Source: Methanotrichaceae archaeon
GTDB lineage: Archaea; Halobacteriota; Methanosarcinia; Methanotrichales; Methanotrichaceae
Reading direction: 5' to 3'
DNA length: 64,000 nt
Assembly (NCBI GenBank): GCA_963748825.1
Contig: CAVVKN010000018.1
Span: 32,001 to 96,000, forward strand
Shown piece after piece: positions 48,434 to 57,898 of the stretch. The stretch's first letter is position 1; the number at the start of each line of letters is the position of its first letter. The notes beneath the pieces were generated by a model. It did not search any database. It was given only the letters and a program-made list of their open reading frames with translations, and was not told where the DNA came from. The position numbers and the translations under genes were made by a program.

Positions 48434-50284
48434 GTGGGAGTGAAAAGTGTGGACAAAAAAATGGGTAGTGATAAGCTTTGCTTATCGTTTGGTTTATTTA
48501 TTCTAAGTAATTTATTATTGCTCGGTTGCGCATCAGCCCAATGCGGGGACTGTGATGATAAAAATCCCTGTACCAAGGACGACTGCGATGGAATTCTCTG
48601 TCAGCATATACCCCAGAGCTGCGACGAGGGCAGTTCCTTTCCATGGTCGTCCTTAGAATCGAGCTCTGATAACAGCACGAAAGATAAATCTGGTCTCTTA
48701 AGACAAAACAACCAAGTGTCTTCCGTATCAGAAGGAGCGATTAATACTTCTGTAAGTTGTGATGACAATAATCCATGCACTAGAGACTCTTACGGAGCTA
48801 ACGGCTGCGTTCACGATCCAGTGAATTGCGATGACGGCAATCCTTGCACCTCAGATTATTGCGGAGCTGGCAGCTGCATTCATGATCCCGTGAATTGCGA
48901 TGACGGAAACGCCAGCACGGTAGACCTCTGCGGCCCGTCCGGTTGTGTCAATACGCCCTTGCTAGGAGAAAGCAACAATGCCTATTCAGTGAAATTTCTA
49001 AGTCCGGTTATACCGGAAATGCAAAATGAGAACGTAACGGAGAATACCACTACCGATGAATCTAAAAGCGTCATAGAAGAGGCAACAGTACAGCCCATTT
49101 GTGATGACAGCAATCCCTGCACTACGAATTCCTACAATGGTACAGGCTGCGTTTACGCACTAATAAATTGCGATGACGGAAATGAGAGCACTCTCGATTC
49201 CTGCAAAGATGGTGCTTGCATAAATGAGCCCAAAGATAGCGTCAGCACACTTAGCGAAAATAACAGCACTGCCGTATCCTCCAGCGAGGCACTCATGGCC
49301 GGCCATCCACAGAGCTGCGATGATCATGATCCCTGCACCGTGGATACCCTTAACGGGATAAAGTGTGAGCATAAACCGAAGATTTGCGATGATGGAAAAG
49401 CCGAAACCTTCGATTACTGCTTTGAAGGGGTGTGCTACAATACAACGACAAGCTGCGATGATGGCAATAACTGTACCGTCGACTCTTACAATGGTACAGC
49501 ATGCGTGCATAGCCCCAAGAATTGCGATGACCATAATGCCTGCACCATTGATACCTGTGATAATGGAAAATGCGTGCATACGCCCAAGAACTGCAACGAT
49601 GGCAATCCCTGTACTTATGACAAATGCGATCGCAGGATTGGCTGTTACAATCCATGGAAATGCGACGACGGCAATCCCTGCACAATAGACTATTGCGATT
49701 CGGTTTGGGGCTGCATCCATTCACCTGTTGTCTGCGGACTGGGAAAGACATGCATCAATGGCGTCTGCCAGTACCTATATTCCTATATCGCACCCTCCGG
49801 TCCACTTCCATCCGCCCAATCCTACACAATTCCTGCCGGAACAGCCATAACCCTGCCATGGGGCCAGGTTGCTACTGCTCTTGATTTTTTGAAGGTGGAG
49901 AACGGCATTGCATATTCAAGTGCGTCGCCGAGTGCATCGCCTCTGAGGTTTGTGAGATTGCTAGGCTTGGAAAGTCAGGCAATTTCAGGATACCAAAGCG
50001 GACTGCCAATCTCAGAGAGGGCAGAAATGATAGGTCTTTCCTGGAAGGAGGCCCGTTTCAATTTGAATTTGATCCAGCCGAATGGAAGCATTCTTCCGGT
50101 GCAGGGAGATAACCAGAAGGTAGTGCACCTCGTGGGCCCGAACTACGATTACTACTTCCTGAGAAATGCTGCTATTGGAAATTGGAGTATTGAGATCAGG
50201 CCCCTAAATCAGGGGACTGATGGTGTCGGGTTCTCGTTGATAACCGGGCTGGTGAAGGGAGCAGCCCCCATATATCAGCCTTAA
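48434..50284 (+). CDS. Secreted Cys-rich repeat protein (CDDGNPCTxDxC, Dictyostelium CTDC-type repeats)
   Basis: Hydrophobic N-terminus; about 12 copies of C-D-D-x-N-x-C/S-T-x-D-x-C/Y. Confidence 0.82.
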   Translation: MGVKSVDKKMGSDKLCLSFGLFILSNLLLLGCASAQCGDCDDKNPCTKDDCDGILCQHIPQSCDEGSSFPWSSLESSSDNSTKDKSGLLRQNNQVSSVSEGAINTSVSCDDNNPCTRDSYGANGCVHDPVNCDDGNPCTSDYCGAGSCIHDPVNCDDGNASTVDLCGPSGCVNTPLLGESNNAYSVKFLSPVIPEMQNENVTENTTTDESKSVIEEATVQPICDDSNPCTTNSYNGTGCVYALINCDDGNESTLDSCKDGACINEPKDSVSTLSENNSTAVSSSEALMAGHPQSCDDHDPCTVDTLNGIKCEHKPKICDDGKAETFDYCFEGVCYNTTTSCDDGNNCTVDSYNGTACVHSPKNCDDHNACTIDTCDNGKCVHTPKNCNDGNPCTYDKCDRRIGCYNPWKCDDGNPCTIDYCDSVWGCIHSPVVCGLGKTCINGVCQYLYSYIAPSGPLPSAQSYTIPAGTAITLPWGQVATALDFLKVENGIAYSSASPSASPLRFVRLLGLESQAISGYQSGLPISERAEMIGLSWKEARFNLNLIQPNGSILPVQGDNQKVVHLVGPNYDYYFLRNAAIGNWSIEIRPLNQGTDGVGFSLITGLVKGAAPIYQP

Positions 50285-50313
50285 GCTCAGACAGATGTGG
50301 TCTTGCTGAACGC

Positions 50314-50346
50314 GGTCCCGTCTGATGGGACCATACTACTTTTTTA
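50314..50346 (+). terminator. Putative terminator: hairpin plus T-run
   Basis: GGTCCCGTCTGATGGGACC followed by TTTTTTT, between convergent genes. Confidence 0.5.
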
Positions 50347-50432
50347 GCGTAACACCAATATATTTCTGCACAGATTTACCATAGAATAGATACAAGATAC
50401 AAGAAAACTCATGAAAAAATGTCTGGAAAAGA

Positions 50433-50981
50433 TCACCGCCCAAAGGTTGCCACTGCTTCTCCCTTTTGCAGCACATGGCCTTGCATTGCCTTCTCCAGGT
50501 CTGTAACCGTGGCGCCTGCTGATAAGTCCAGCATCCTGTCCAGACCAAATACCCGGAAGAAATATCTGTGCGGCTTTCCAGGAGGCGGACAGGGGCCGGC
50601 ATATCCGATCTCTCCGAAGTCGTTCGTACCCTGCAAAGCTCTGAAGGGCTCTTTGAGTGTGGCGCTCTTGGCTATGGCCTTAGGAATGACATCGATCGGC
50701 GGGATATTCCAGATAAGCCAGTGGGTGAAGGTGGCAGAAGGCGCGTCCGGGTCGTTAACAATCACGGCCAGGGATGTGGCATTGAGCCCTTGAATCTCGA
50801 TCCTTGGCGATACATCCATTCCCAGACAGGTATATTCGTCGGGAATCCGATCAAAGCCCAATTTGACAACAAGATCCATCATATCCATCTCCTCGGCCTG
50901 GACGGCTGTTACGAAAAAAACCAAGCAAGCAAATGCAGCCAGGACAGTCTGTATTGAATTTCTGCTCTTTATGGTTATCAT
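50433..50981 (-). CDS. YbhB/YbcL (PEBP) family protein with signal peptide
   Basis: YTC.G.DVSP, VNDPDAP..TFTHWLIWNIP, YAGPCPPPG.PHRYFF. Confidence 0.92.
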   Translation of the reverse strand: MITIKSRNSIQTVLAAFACLVFFVTAVQAEEMDMMDLVVKLGFDRIPDEYTCLGMDVSPRIEIQGLNATSLAVIVNDPDAPSATFTHWLIWNIPPIDVIPKAIAKSATLKEPFRALQGTNDFGEIGYAGPCPPPGKPHRYFFRVFGLDRMLDLSAGATVTDLEKAMQGHVLQKGEAVATFGR

Positions 50982-51181
50982 GATATGCTTTTCCTAAGAG
51001 CTTTTTAAGGAGAAATCTCTTCTTGACAGTTGCTTTTCTACATCGTGCTGACTGATAAATTCTTTGCCCAATACACTATCTCTATTGCTATTGTACCTTT
51101 GCAGTGGATTTCTTTCACTACTCGGCCATATGACGCTGCCTCGCAGAAAATAATTTAAATGCTCAGGTCAACTGGAGTATC

Positions 51182-52495
51182 GTGACCGTCTTTAGAGCTT
51201 ATGATGTTCGAGGTGTCTACGGCACCGATCTCACAGAGGAGCTGGCCAGGCGTGTGGGTGTTTCCTTCGGATCTTTTGCCGGAGGGGGCAGGGTCTCTTT
51301 GGGCAGGGATACGCGAATCAGCGGCCCGTCTCTGGAGAAGGCCTTCCTGGAAGGTGTTCTGACTACAGGCTGCCATGTGGACAGCTACGGCATCATTCCC
51401 ATTGCCGTTTTAAGCTACATCACTCGCAAAATGGGCCTGAAAGCTGCGGCCTACATCTCTGCCTCTCATAATCCGCCCGAGTACAATGGGGTGCGGTTTA
51501 GAACCGGCGATGGCTACGGCCTGCTCTACCAGGAGTCATCCATCATGAAATTCTACCGTGAAGGTGGCTTTCTCTCCGGAAAGGGAAGAGTAGAGGATCG
51601 TCCTTCCGCGGAGGCCATCGACGAGTACCGCCGTTACGTGGCAGAAAAGCTACACTTAGAGCGCCCACTCAAGGCAGTCCTGGACATGGGCAACGGCTCG
51701 GCCTGCACCATGGCCTCTTTTTACGGAAATCTGGGCCTGGACTGCTCTGTGATCAACGGCATCATGGACGGCCTCTTCCCCGGTCGCGGCCCGGCACCCA
51801 ATGAAGAGTCCTTGCAGCCCGCCTGCCAAGAGGTACGGAAAAATCAGGCGGATTTTGGGGTGGGCTTTGATCCTGATGCCGACCGGGGGATCATCATCGA
51901 TGATCTGGGCCGGGTCCTGCCGCCGGAGAAAGTGGCCATCATCATAGCCCGGAGAAGGTACAAACGCGGCGATCTGGTCATCTCCGGCTTTGACTGCTCC
52001 ATGATGCTGGAGCGCGAACTGCAAAAAGACGGCATCAGGGTATTACGGGAGAGGGTAGGCGACGTATTCGTAGCCAACCGGGTAAAAAATGAGGGTGCCG
52101 TATTGGGCGTTGAGCGCAGCGGCCACTTCTTCCTTCCCGAGTTCCAGTACTCGGATGACCCCTTCGCCATGAGCCTGGCCATTGCCGAGATCATCTCAAA
52201 GGGCGAGAAGCTCTCCGTTCTCGCGGACGAGATACCTGACTATCCCTATAAGCAGATAAGCATCCACCTTAGCGAGGATCCGGCCAGAGTCATGCTCAGG
52301 TTAAAAGATGCGCTCGCCAGAATGGAACCGGACACCTTGGACGGGCTGAAGATAACCACCGACAGCTACAGCGTTCTTATCCGGCCCAGCAATACCGAAC
52401 CCATTTTGCGACTTTACATCGAGACCGCGGCAGGCGACATGGCTGAGCTGGAGGAGCGCTATGAGAAGATCATACGCCGGGCCATGGAGGCATGA
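51182..52495 (+). CDS. Phosphohexomutase (PMM/PGM/GlmM family)
   Basis: FRAYDVRG, SASHNPPEYNG, FDPDADR, GVERSGH, IRPSNTEP. Confidence 0.92.
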   Translation: MTVFRAYDVRGVYGTDLTEELARRVGVSFGSFAGGGRVSLGRDTRISGPSLEKAFLEGVLTTGCHVDSYGIIPIAVLSYITRKMGLKAAAYISASHNPPEYNGVRFRTGDGYGLLYQESSIMKFYREGGFLSGKGRVEDRPSAEAIDEYRRYVAEKLHLERPLKAVLDMGNGSACTMASFYGNLGLDCSVINGIMDGLFPGRGPAPNEESLQPACQEVRKNQADFGVGFDPDADRGIIIDDLGRVLPPEKVAIIIARRRYKRGDLVISGFDCSMMLERELQKDGIRVLRERVGDVFVANRVKNEGAVLGVERSGHFFLPEFQYSDDPFAMSLAIAEIISKGEKLSVLADEIPDYPYKQISIHLSEDPARVMLRLKDALARMEPDTLDGLKITTDSYSVLIRPSNTEPILRLYIETAAGDMAELEERYEKIIRRAMEA

Positions 52496-52574
52496 ACCAT
52501 TTTTTTGGCAAAGCAACCTATTTAATCCGTCTCATCCTATTAACTGATAACCATTGTACAGAGCTGATCTTCGC

Positions 52575-53486
52575 GTGAGCTACAAAGACGTCTGCGTTCT
52601 CATTCCCACCCTCAATGAAGAGGAGTCCATCGAGCCGGTGATCCGGGAATTCAAAGCCCTGGGCTTCGAGAACATTCTGGTGGCGGACGGCCACAGCACC
52701 GACGGCACCGTGGCCAGGGCGAAAGCCGCCGGTGCACGCATCTTTATCCAGTCCGGTTCCGGTAAGGGCCAGGCTCTAAAAGAGGTCTTCGAAGAGATCG
52801 ACGAAGAGTTTATCCTTCTCATCGACGGTGACGGAACCTACCTTCCAACCGATGCCGCCCGTATCCTGGAGCCAGTATTGAGGGGAAAGGCAGACCATGT
52901 TGTGGGAAACAGGCTGGGCAATGTGCAGGGTGGTGCTCTAAAGCGGCTGAACATGTTCGGCAATAAGATGATCAACCTCTTCTTTGCCACCATCTATCGC
53001 GTTCATTTAACCGACATTCTCTCCGGCTACCGGGCGTTCACCACGGAAGGCATTCGCCGCCTGGACCTGACTATGAAGGGCTTTGAGATCGAGTCGGAGA
53101 TAACCATTGAGAGTGTGAAAAAGGGCCTGCGCATCATTGAGGTGCCCATTACCTACAAGCCCCGGCCGGCTGGCACCAAGACCAAGCTGCATCCCTTCCG
53201 GGACGGCCTCAAGATCATACTCACTATATTCCGCATGGCAAAGACCGAAAATCCCATGTTCTACTTCGGCCTGATCGGCTCATTCTTTGGTCTGGCCGGA
53301 TTTCTCATCGGCCTATTTGTTGCCCGAGATTGGCTTTACTGGCGCATCGAGCACATCCCCCTCACCATCCTGACAGCCATCCTGATTATCGTTGGCTTCC
53401 AGCTATTTCTGATAGGCATGCAGGGAGATATGACAGCATCTATGCACCGGGAGATGATCAGAGAGTTGCACCGAAAGAGAAAATAG
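52575..53486 (+). CDS. aglJ: GT2 glycosyltransferase, AglJ-like (S-layer N-glycosylation)
   Basis: VLIPTLNEE, DGHSTDGT, QSGSGKG, IDGDGTY, TDILSGYRAF, KLHPFRDG, two C-terminal TM segments; alternative TTG start at 52554. Confidence 0.78.
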   Translation: MSYKDVCVLIPTLNEEESIEPVIREFKALGFENILVADGHSTDGTVARAKAAGARIFIQSGSGKGQALKEVFEEIDEEFILLIDGDGTYLPTDAARILEPVLRGKADHVVGNRLGNVQGGALKRLNMFGNKMINLFFATIYRVHLTDILSGYRAFTTEGIRRLDLTMKGFEIESEITIESVKKGLRIIEVPITYKPRPAGTKTKLHPFRDGLKIILTIFRMAKTENPMFYFGLIGSFFGLAGFLIGLFVARDWLYWRIEHIPLTILTAILIIVGFQLFLIGMQGDMTASMHREMIRELHRKRK

Positions 53487-53542
53487 TTCTTCAGAAAAAG
53501 ATAGTAATATTTATAATAAAAAAAGGAGTTCTGCAGATGTAT

Positions 53543-56500
53543 TTAGCGGAACTCCAGCTTGGCCTCGTCCATTGCCTCGAAAAGATAGGCCATTCCAGGC
53601 ACCAATGTCTCATTCTTGCCCAGGTGCGTCCAGCCCTGTTCCTCATACTTCCAGATGAAAGCCGAGACAAGGCCTTTATTTACCGCCTCTTGATACTTGT
53701 ATCTCTTATGCTCGGCATTCACGGTAATGTTGCCTAAATCTACCGTCTTGTTCACAGGAAGGCCAATCATATTCCATCCGGCATGCAGATCGAGGCGGTA
53801 GGGCAGATCGACGGGCTTGCCGGAGATCTCTATGGTGAAGTTGTCGGCACTGTCGATAAGGTAGCCCTCACCTGGGCGGAAACTGGTCACATTGATCATG
53901 CCCCCATCCTTCATGCCGAAGTCCCATCCATTGCCGGCAATGGAGAATATGCTCCGGTAAGGCTTATTCGCCAGGTACTTGGAGGCCGCTCTTTCTTTCG
54001 GCTTGAGGTATACGGCTATGGCATTCCAGCCAGCCGTCACATTGATGCGCTGAACCTGGCCGGGGATGAGCACATACTCTATCTGAAAGCTCCTCTCCTC
54101 AGCAAGCCTCGGTCGTATGATGGGCCACATCACTTTCTTTTTTTCGCCTAACGTGTATTCATCATGCCAGACAGAAAGGCCGTTTTCCTTAACCACGATC
54201 TTGTCTGCATCTTTGGGCAGCAATACCTCGCCGATGATGGCGGGCGGTGCATTTAGATTGAGAAGCCCGTTGGTGCTATCTGTCTCGATCCAGTAAATCC
54301 AGTCGGTTGCGCTCTCGTTCAAGGGCTTTATGGATGCCTTGATTATGCTCTTGTTCTCGCCCGTGGCATTGACGATTTCCTCTACTGTGCTGTAGGGGCG
54401 ATGCGGTGTTTTCGGCATCGCCGGCCGGAAGCTTGGGTCTCCCAGAATGACATCCATGTAGGCCGTCTGGTTGAGCATCTCGGATACAGACAGATCCCAA
54501 TCGGGTAAGGGCTCATCGTAATCGGAGATAGCCTTGATGTTCTGGGCACCTTGAAACTTCAGCCTGTAAAGATTATCTGCGTCGAGAACGGCCTCACCCA
54601 CCGTAGCATTCTCAAAGACCAGTGACTGATAAAACCTCTTTAAGAATCCTTCCGAAATGAAGATCCAGGACAGAGCCGAGTCCCCTATGTAGTTCACAGC
54701 TCCAGCTCTTACGAAGGACAGGGCAATGGAGTCCTCCAGGTTCATGGGGATGTAAATCCTGGTGCCGGTCACATTGAGATAGTATCCCTTGAGGTTTGCA
54801 GTAACACAGGCGCCTGCGGTGGTTGTCTGGGGTGAAAGAGTTAACTCTTTTACATGCGCCCCGGTAAGCGAAGAATCCATCATCGACCAATCCGATAACG
54901 CCCATGCGTTTTCATTGCCGTGATGATCAAAGTTCACAATGTTCTGGCCGTTATTCATCTGCGAGATGACTTGCTGGTAGGTGGCCTCTTCATAGCGCAG
55001 GTCCTTGACTTGCAGCCCTGCTTCCCTCAAATAGTCTCTGATGCTCATTGAAGTGGGAGCCTGCGGGAAAGAGAGGGGCGGCGATGATACGACCAGGGCA
55101 TTATTCTTCCAGGATCCACTCAGTCGGTCATAGGCCAAGGTGCGAGCCAGAAGCTGAGAGGCATCGTAAACGGAAAGCCCCATGATTCTGCCTACTGCTA
55201 CGCTGCTGTAATTCTCACCATTTATGGGCAATTGATAGTCCCTGTAGACCTCGTACTCCATGACATCAGATAGCTTCTGAATTAGGCCGGTGGATATGAA
55301 GGGCAGCGATCCCGGATCGCCCACAACCATCAGATAGTGAGGTGAGAGCTTAAGGTCATCGACCTTCTGCCTTAATGCTTGCTCCTCAATCAAAGGATCG
55401 ATTTGCTGCGGGTCTTTGGCCACGTCCAGCAGAATTGCCCGGCGAGCTGCTGCTGCACCAGCCGCAACCAGGGACAGACGGGGGACTTTGGTGTGGCTGA
55501 ATGCAGTAATATTCACAGCCTCAATATTAGAGCGAACATCGATGGTGTAGTTCTTCGTTCTTTGGGCATAACCGTTCCCGGTCTCAATATTGAACATCCA
55601 CTTGCCTGGCGTTAGCATCTGCACTCGCACATCATAGAGCCGATCAGGCTCGATATCTGTGATCCTGGTGCTGCCGGTTCTTTTGTCCGGGCTGTAGAGG
55701 TTTAGGGCGGTGTAACTTGCGTCACGGTTAAGGTTCCAGGATATGTTCGTTCTGCCCGAGTAGATCCAGGTGGGGTAGGTCAGGTTGATTACCGGCTCGT
55801 CATCCACATTTTCCAGGGTATGGTTATAGGAAAAACCCTCGTATGCGGCCGTAGCCCCGGTGTCCAGCCGCTCTTCCCAGCCAGAGTCCATGGGGTAGAG
55901 CAGTTCTACATCTACATTCAGACTGGCAGACTTGTCCGGCTCAAGCCTGTTTATATTCCAGCGAAGCATGGACCCGTTGAGGAATGCATTAATGGCATCC
56001 GAAGGCTTCCCGCTATAGGGATCGGTAACATTTGCCTCGCCCTTTTGTGGCTGGGGCCATTTTATGAGCCTGCCCATGGGGAAGATGTCCAGCAATCGCA
56101 CATCTTTCAGCACATCTTTGCCGGTATTGCTCATAGTGATGTTGAGCCTTACAATCTCTCCCAGCTCCTCTGCCGGCACCTGGCTTGGGCTTATTTCGGT
56201 TCTTATCAGCAGATCATCAACAAATGTTCGCTCTACTACGGGATTTGGCACAGGCTGCAGAAGCGAGAGATCATGAGAGTTGGCAAAGACCACCATGTTC
56301 GGACTATCTCCCCTTTTATTCATCTGCTCGATAAGGAATTCGGAATTTCCCTCATGCAAGGTAATGTTCATTTGGCTCAGGTTCTGCCTCACAACTGGCG
56401 AGATTGGACCTACAATCACAGCCTCTTTGACATTCAGGCGTGATAATGCGCTAGCCGTCTCATCTGGCAGTGATCTGTCCACGAAGAGGAGCGGCCAATT

Positions 56501-57898
56501 TAGATAAGAGGCAATTGGAGCAGCAACAAGGGCCGCGCTGTAATTTTCGCCTACAATTACGGCTCCCGGCGAGCTTTTCCAGTAACGGCTTATCTTTTCT
56601 GCCATCTCAAAGCTGTTATTTGCCTGCACCGCTGCATCGCAATTCCAGGAGACTTCTCCAATGGCAAGAGTCTTTCCGCCTAACTGGCCTAGTAGCCAGT
56701 GCGCGGCTAATGAAGGAGGCTGCAGCTCCGACCAAACGGGTGTATGAACGACGTTATACTCGAAGGCAACTCCTGCTGCGCCGGATTTTATGAGGTCCTC
56801 GATATACTTCACCGCGCCCTCTACATTCTGAGTAGAGAGAACGTATGCGAGGTAATCATCGCTCAAACGGACATAAACCGGTTTTTTGCTGAGAATGCAG
56901 GCCTGTCCTGCATCCTGGGCGGAGAGTGGGGATATTAAGGAAAAGTCCGTTACCTTTGAGATCTCGGCGAAGTTGTAGCCCCGGATGCGATCGAAGGGAT
57001 TGTCAAAAGCCACGCCAAGCTTCACAGGACCCAAATCAGTGGTTATATTTCGGGCATAATTTACAATTTGCATGAGCTGATCCTGCTTCCACTGCGTCCA
57101 TCTCGCCTGGTTGTAGCTATTAATATTGACTTTGCTGAGATCTATGCCTGTATCCTGATAGAACTTCTCCTTGCAGACGTTGCAGTAGCAATAATTCTCA
57201 TCCTGAAAGCCAAAATGATAAAGCACAACGCCATCGACCTTGTAGTCGTCTATCAGCGTTTCGATCAGATTGTAGAGATTATCCCTCACCTCTTGGTTAG
57301 CAGGACAAAAAAGGGCGGCTTTGCCGCCGATTTCGGGATTTGCCACCTGAAGCAAGCTTTTATCGATCCTGGAATCGTCAGTCACTGGTAGGTCAAGGCC
57401 TGCCTCTGCAAGCATGGCTTTCCTGGCCTGCGGCAATTCTTTTATATCTCCTGCTGCCCCCGGCTCGGAGATAACGGGAATCTCAAGAGTTGCTGTAATG
57501 TAAGCTTTCAGACCGTCTTTGTGGGCTGCTTCAACCAGAGCTTTTACCTGATCTCCTGTTCCATGGATAGTTATGGTGCTGATATTTGCCGCCTTAAATG
57601 TGTTAAGGATTGCAGAAGCACCATATCTTTGCAGATCGCTCTCTTCAACCCAGCCGTTTCTATCCCCGGCCTGGACCGCTTTGGGAAGAATCAACATAGG
57701 CAATGCTCTGGTCTCATTTTCTTCAGACCAGATAGCAAGAGGTGTAGCTGCAATGGGTGCATGCCAATCGCCTGATCCGACTAAAATCACATCCTCCAGG
57801 TCGCCCTTAACTCCTCTTTCCAAGGGTGCTTCCTCTGCGAAGCATTGCCCTGTAATGGACATGATTGCTATGAATAGTATTAGATATTGCAGCCTCAC
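53543..57898 (-). CDS. Large secreted multidomain protein: glycoside-hydrolase-like region, cell-wall-binding-2-like repeat, Ig-like domains and peptidase C25 (gingipain-like) domain
   Basis: GTG start at 57898 coupled to the upstream stop, then a signal peptide. YKVDGVVL..F.F..YCYCNVC; AAPIASYLNWPLLFV; YLMVVGDP..LP, VAVGRI, NFDHHG...AGACVTA, ILGDP. Confidence 0.75.
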   Translation of the reverse strand: MRLQYLILFIAIMSITGQCFAEEAPLERGVKGDLEDVILVGSGDWHAPIAATPLAIWSEENETRALPMLILPKAVQAGDRNGWVEESDLQRYGASAILNTFKAANISTITIHGTGDQVKALVEAAHKDGLKAYITATLEIPVISEPGAAGDIKELPQARKAMLAEAGLDLPVTDDSRIDKSLLQVANPEIGGKAALFCPANQEVRDNLYNLIETLIDDYKVDGVVLYHFGFQDENYCYCNVCKEKFYQDTGIDLSKVNINSYNQARWTQWKQDQLMQIVNYARNITTDLGPVKLGVAFDNPFDRIRGYNFAEISKVTDFSLISPLSAQDAGQACILSKKPVYVRLSDDYLAYVLSTQNVEGAVKYIEDLIKSGAAGVAFEYNVVHTPVWSELQPPSLAAHWLLGQLGGKTLAIGEVSWNCDAAVQANNSFEMAEKISRYWKSSPGAVIVGENYSAALVAAPIASYLNWPLLFVDRSLPDETASALSRLNVKEAVIVGPISPVVRQNLSQMNITLHEGNSEFLIEQMNKRGDSPNMVVFANSHDLSLLQPVPNPVVERTFVDDLLIRTEISPSQVPAEELGEIVRLNITMSNTGKDVLKDVRLLDIFPMGRLIKWPQPQKGEANVTDPYSGKPSDAINAFLNGSMLRWNINRLEPDKSASLNVDVELLYPMDSGWEERLDTGATAAYEGFSYNHTLENVDDEPVINLTYPTWIYSGRTNISWNLNRDASYTALNLYSPDKRTGSTRITDIEPDRLYDVRVQMLTPGKWMFNIETGNGYAQRTKNYTIDVRSNIEAVNITAFSHTKVPRLSLVAAGAAAARRAILLDVAKDPQQIDPLIEEQALRQKVDDLKLSPHYLMVVGDPGSLPFISTGLIQKLSDVMEYEVYRDYQLPINGENYSSVAVGRIMGLSVYDASQLLARTLAYDRLSGSWKNNALVVSSPPLSFPQAPTSMSIRDYLREAGLQVKDLRYEEATYQQVISQMNNGQNIVNFDHHGNENAWALSDWSMMDSSLTGAHVKELTLSPQTTTAGACVTANLKGYYLNVTGTRIYIPMNLEDSIALSFVRAGAVNYIGDSALSWIFISEGFLKRFYQSLVFENATVGEAVLDADNLYRLKFQGAQNIKAISDYDEPLPDWDLSVSEMLNQTAYMDVILGDPSFRPAMPKTPHRPYSTVEEIVNATGENKSIIKASIKPLNESATDWIYWIETDSTNGLLNLNAPPAIIGEVLLPKDADKIVVKENGLSVWHDEYTLGEKKKVMWPIIRPRLAEERSFQIEYVLIPGQVQRINVTAGWNAIAVYLKPKERAASKYLANKPYRSIFSIAGNGWDFGMKDGGMINVTSFRPGEGYLIDSADNFTIEISGKPVDLPYRLDLHAGWNMIGLPVNKTVDLGNITVNAEHKRYKYQEAVNKGLVSAFIWKYEEQGWTHLGKNETLVPGMAYLFEAMDEAKLEFR

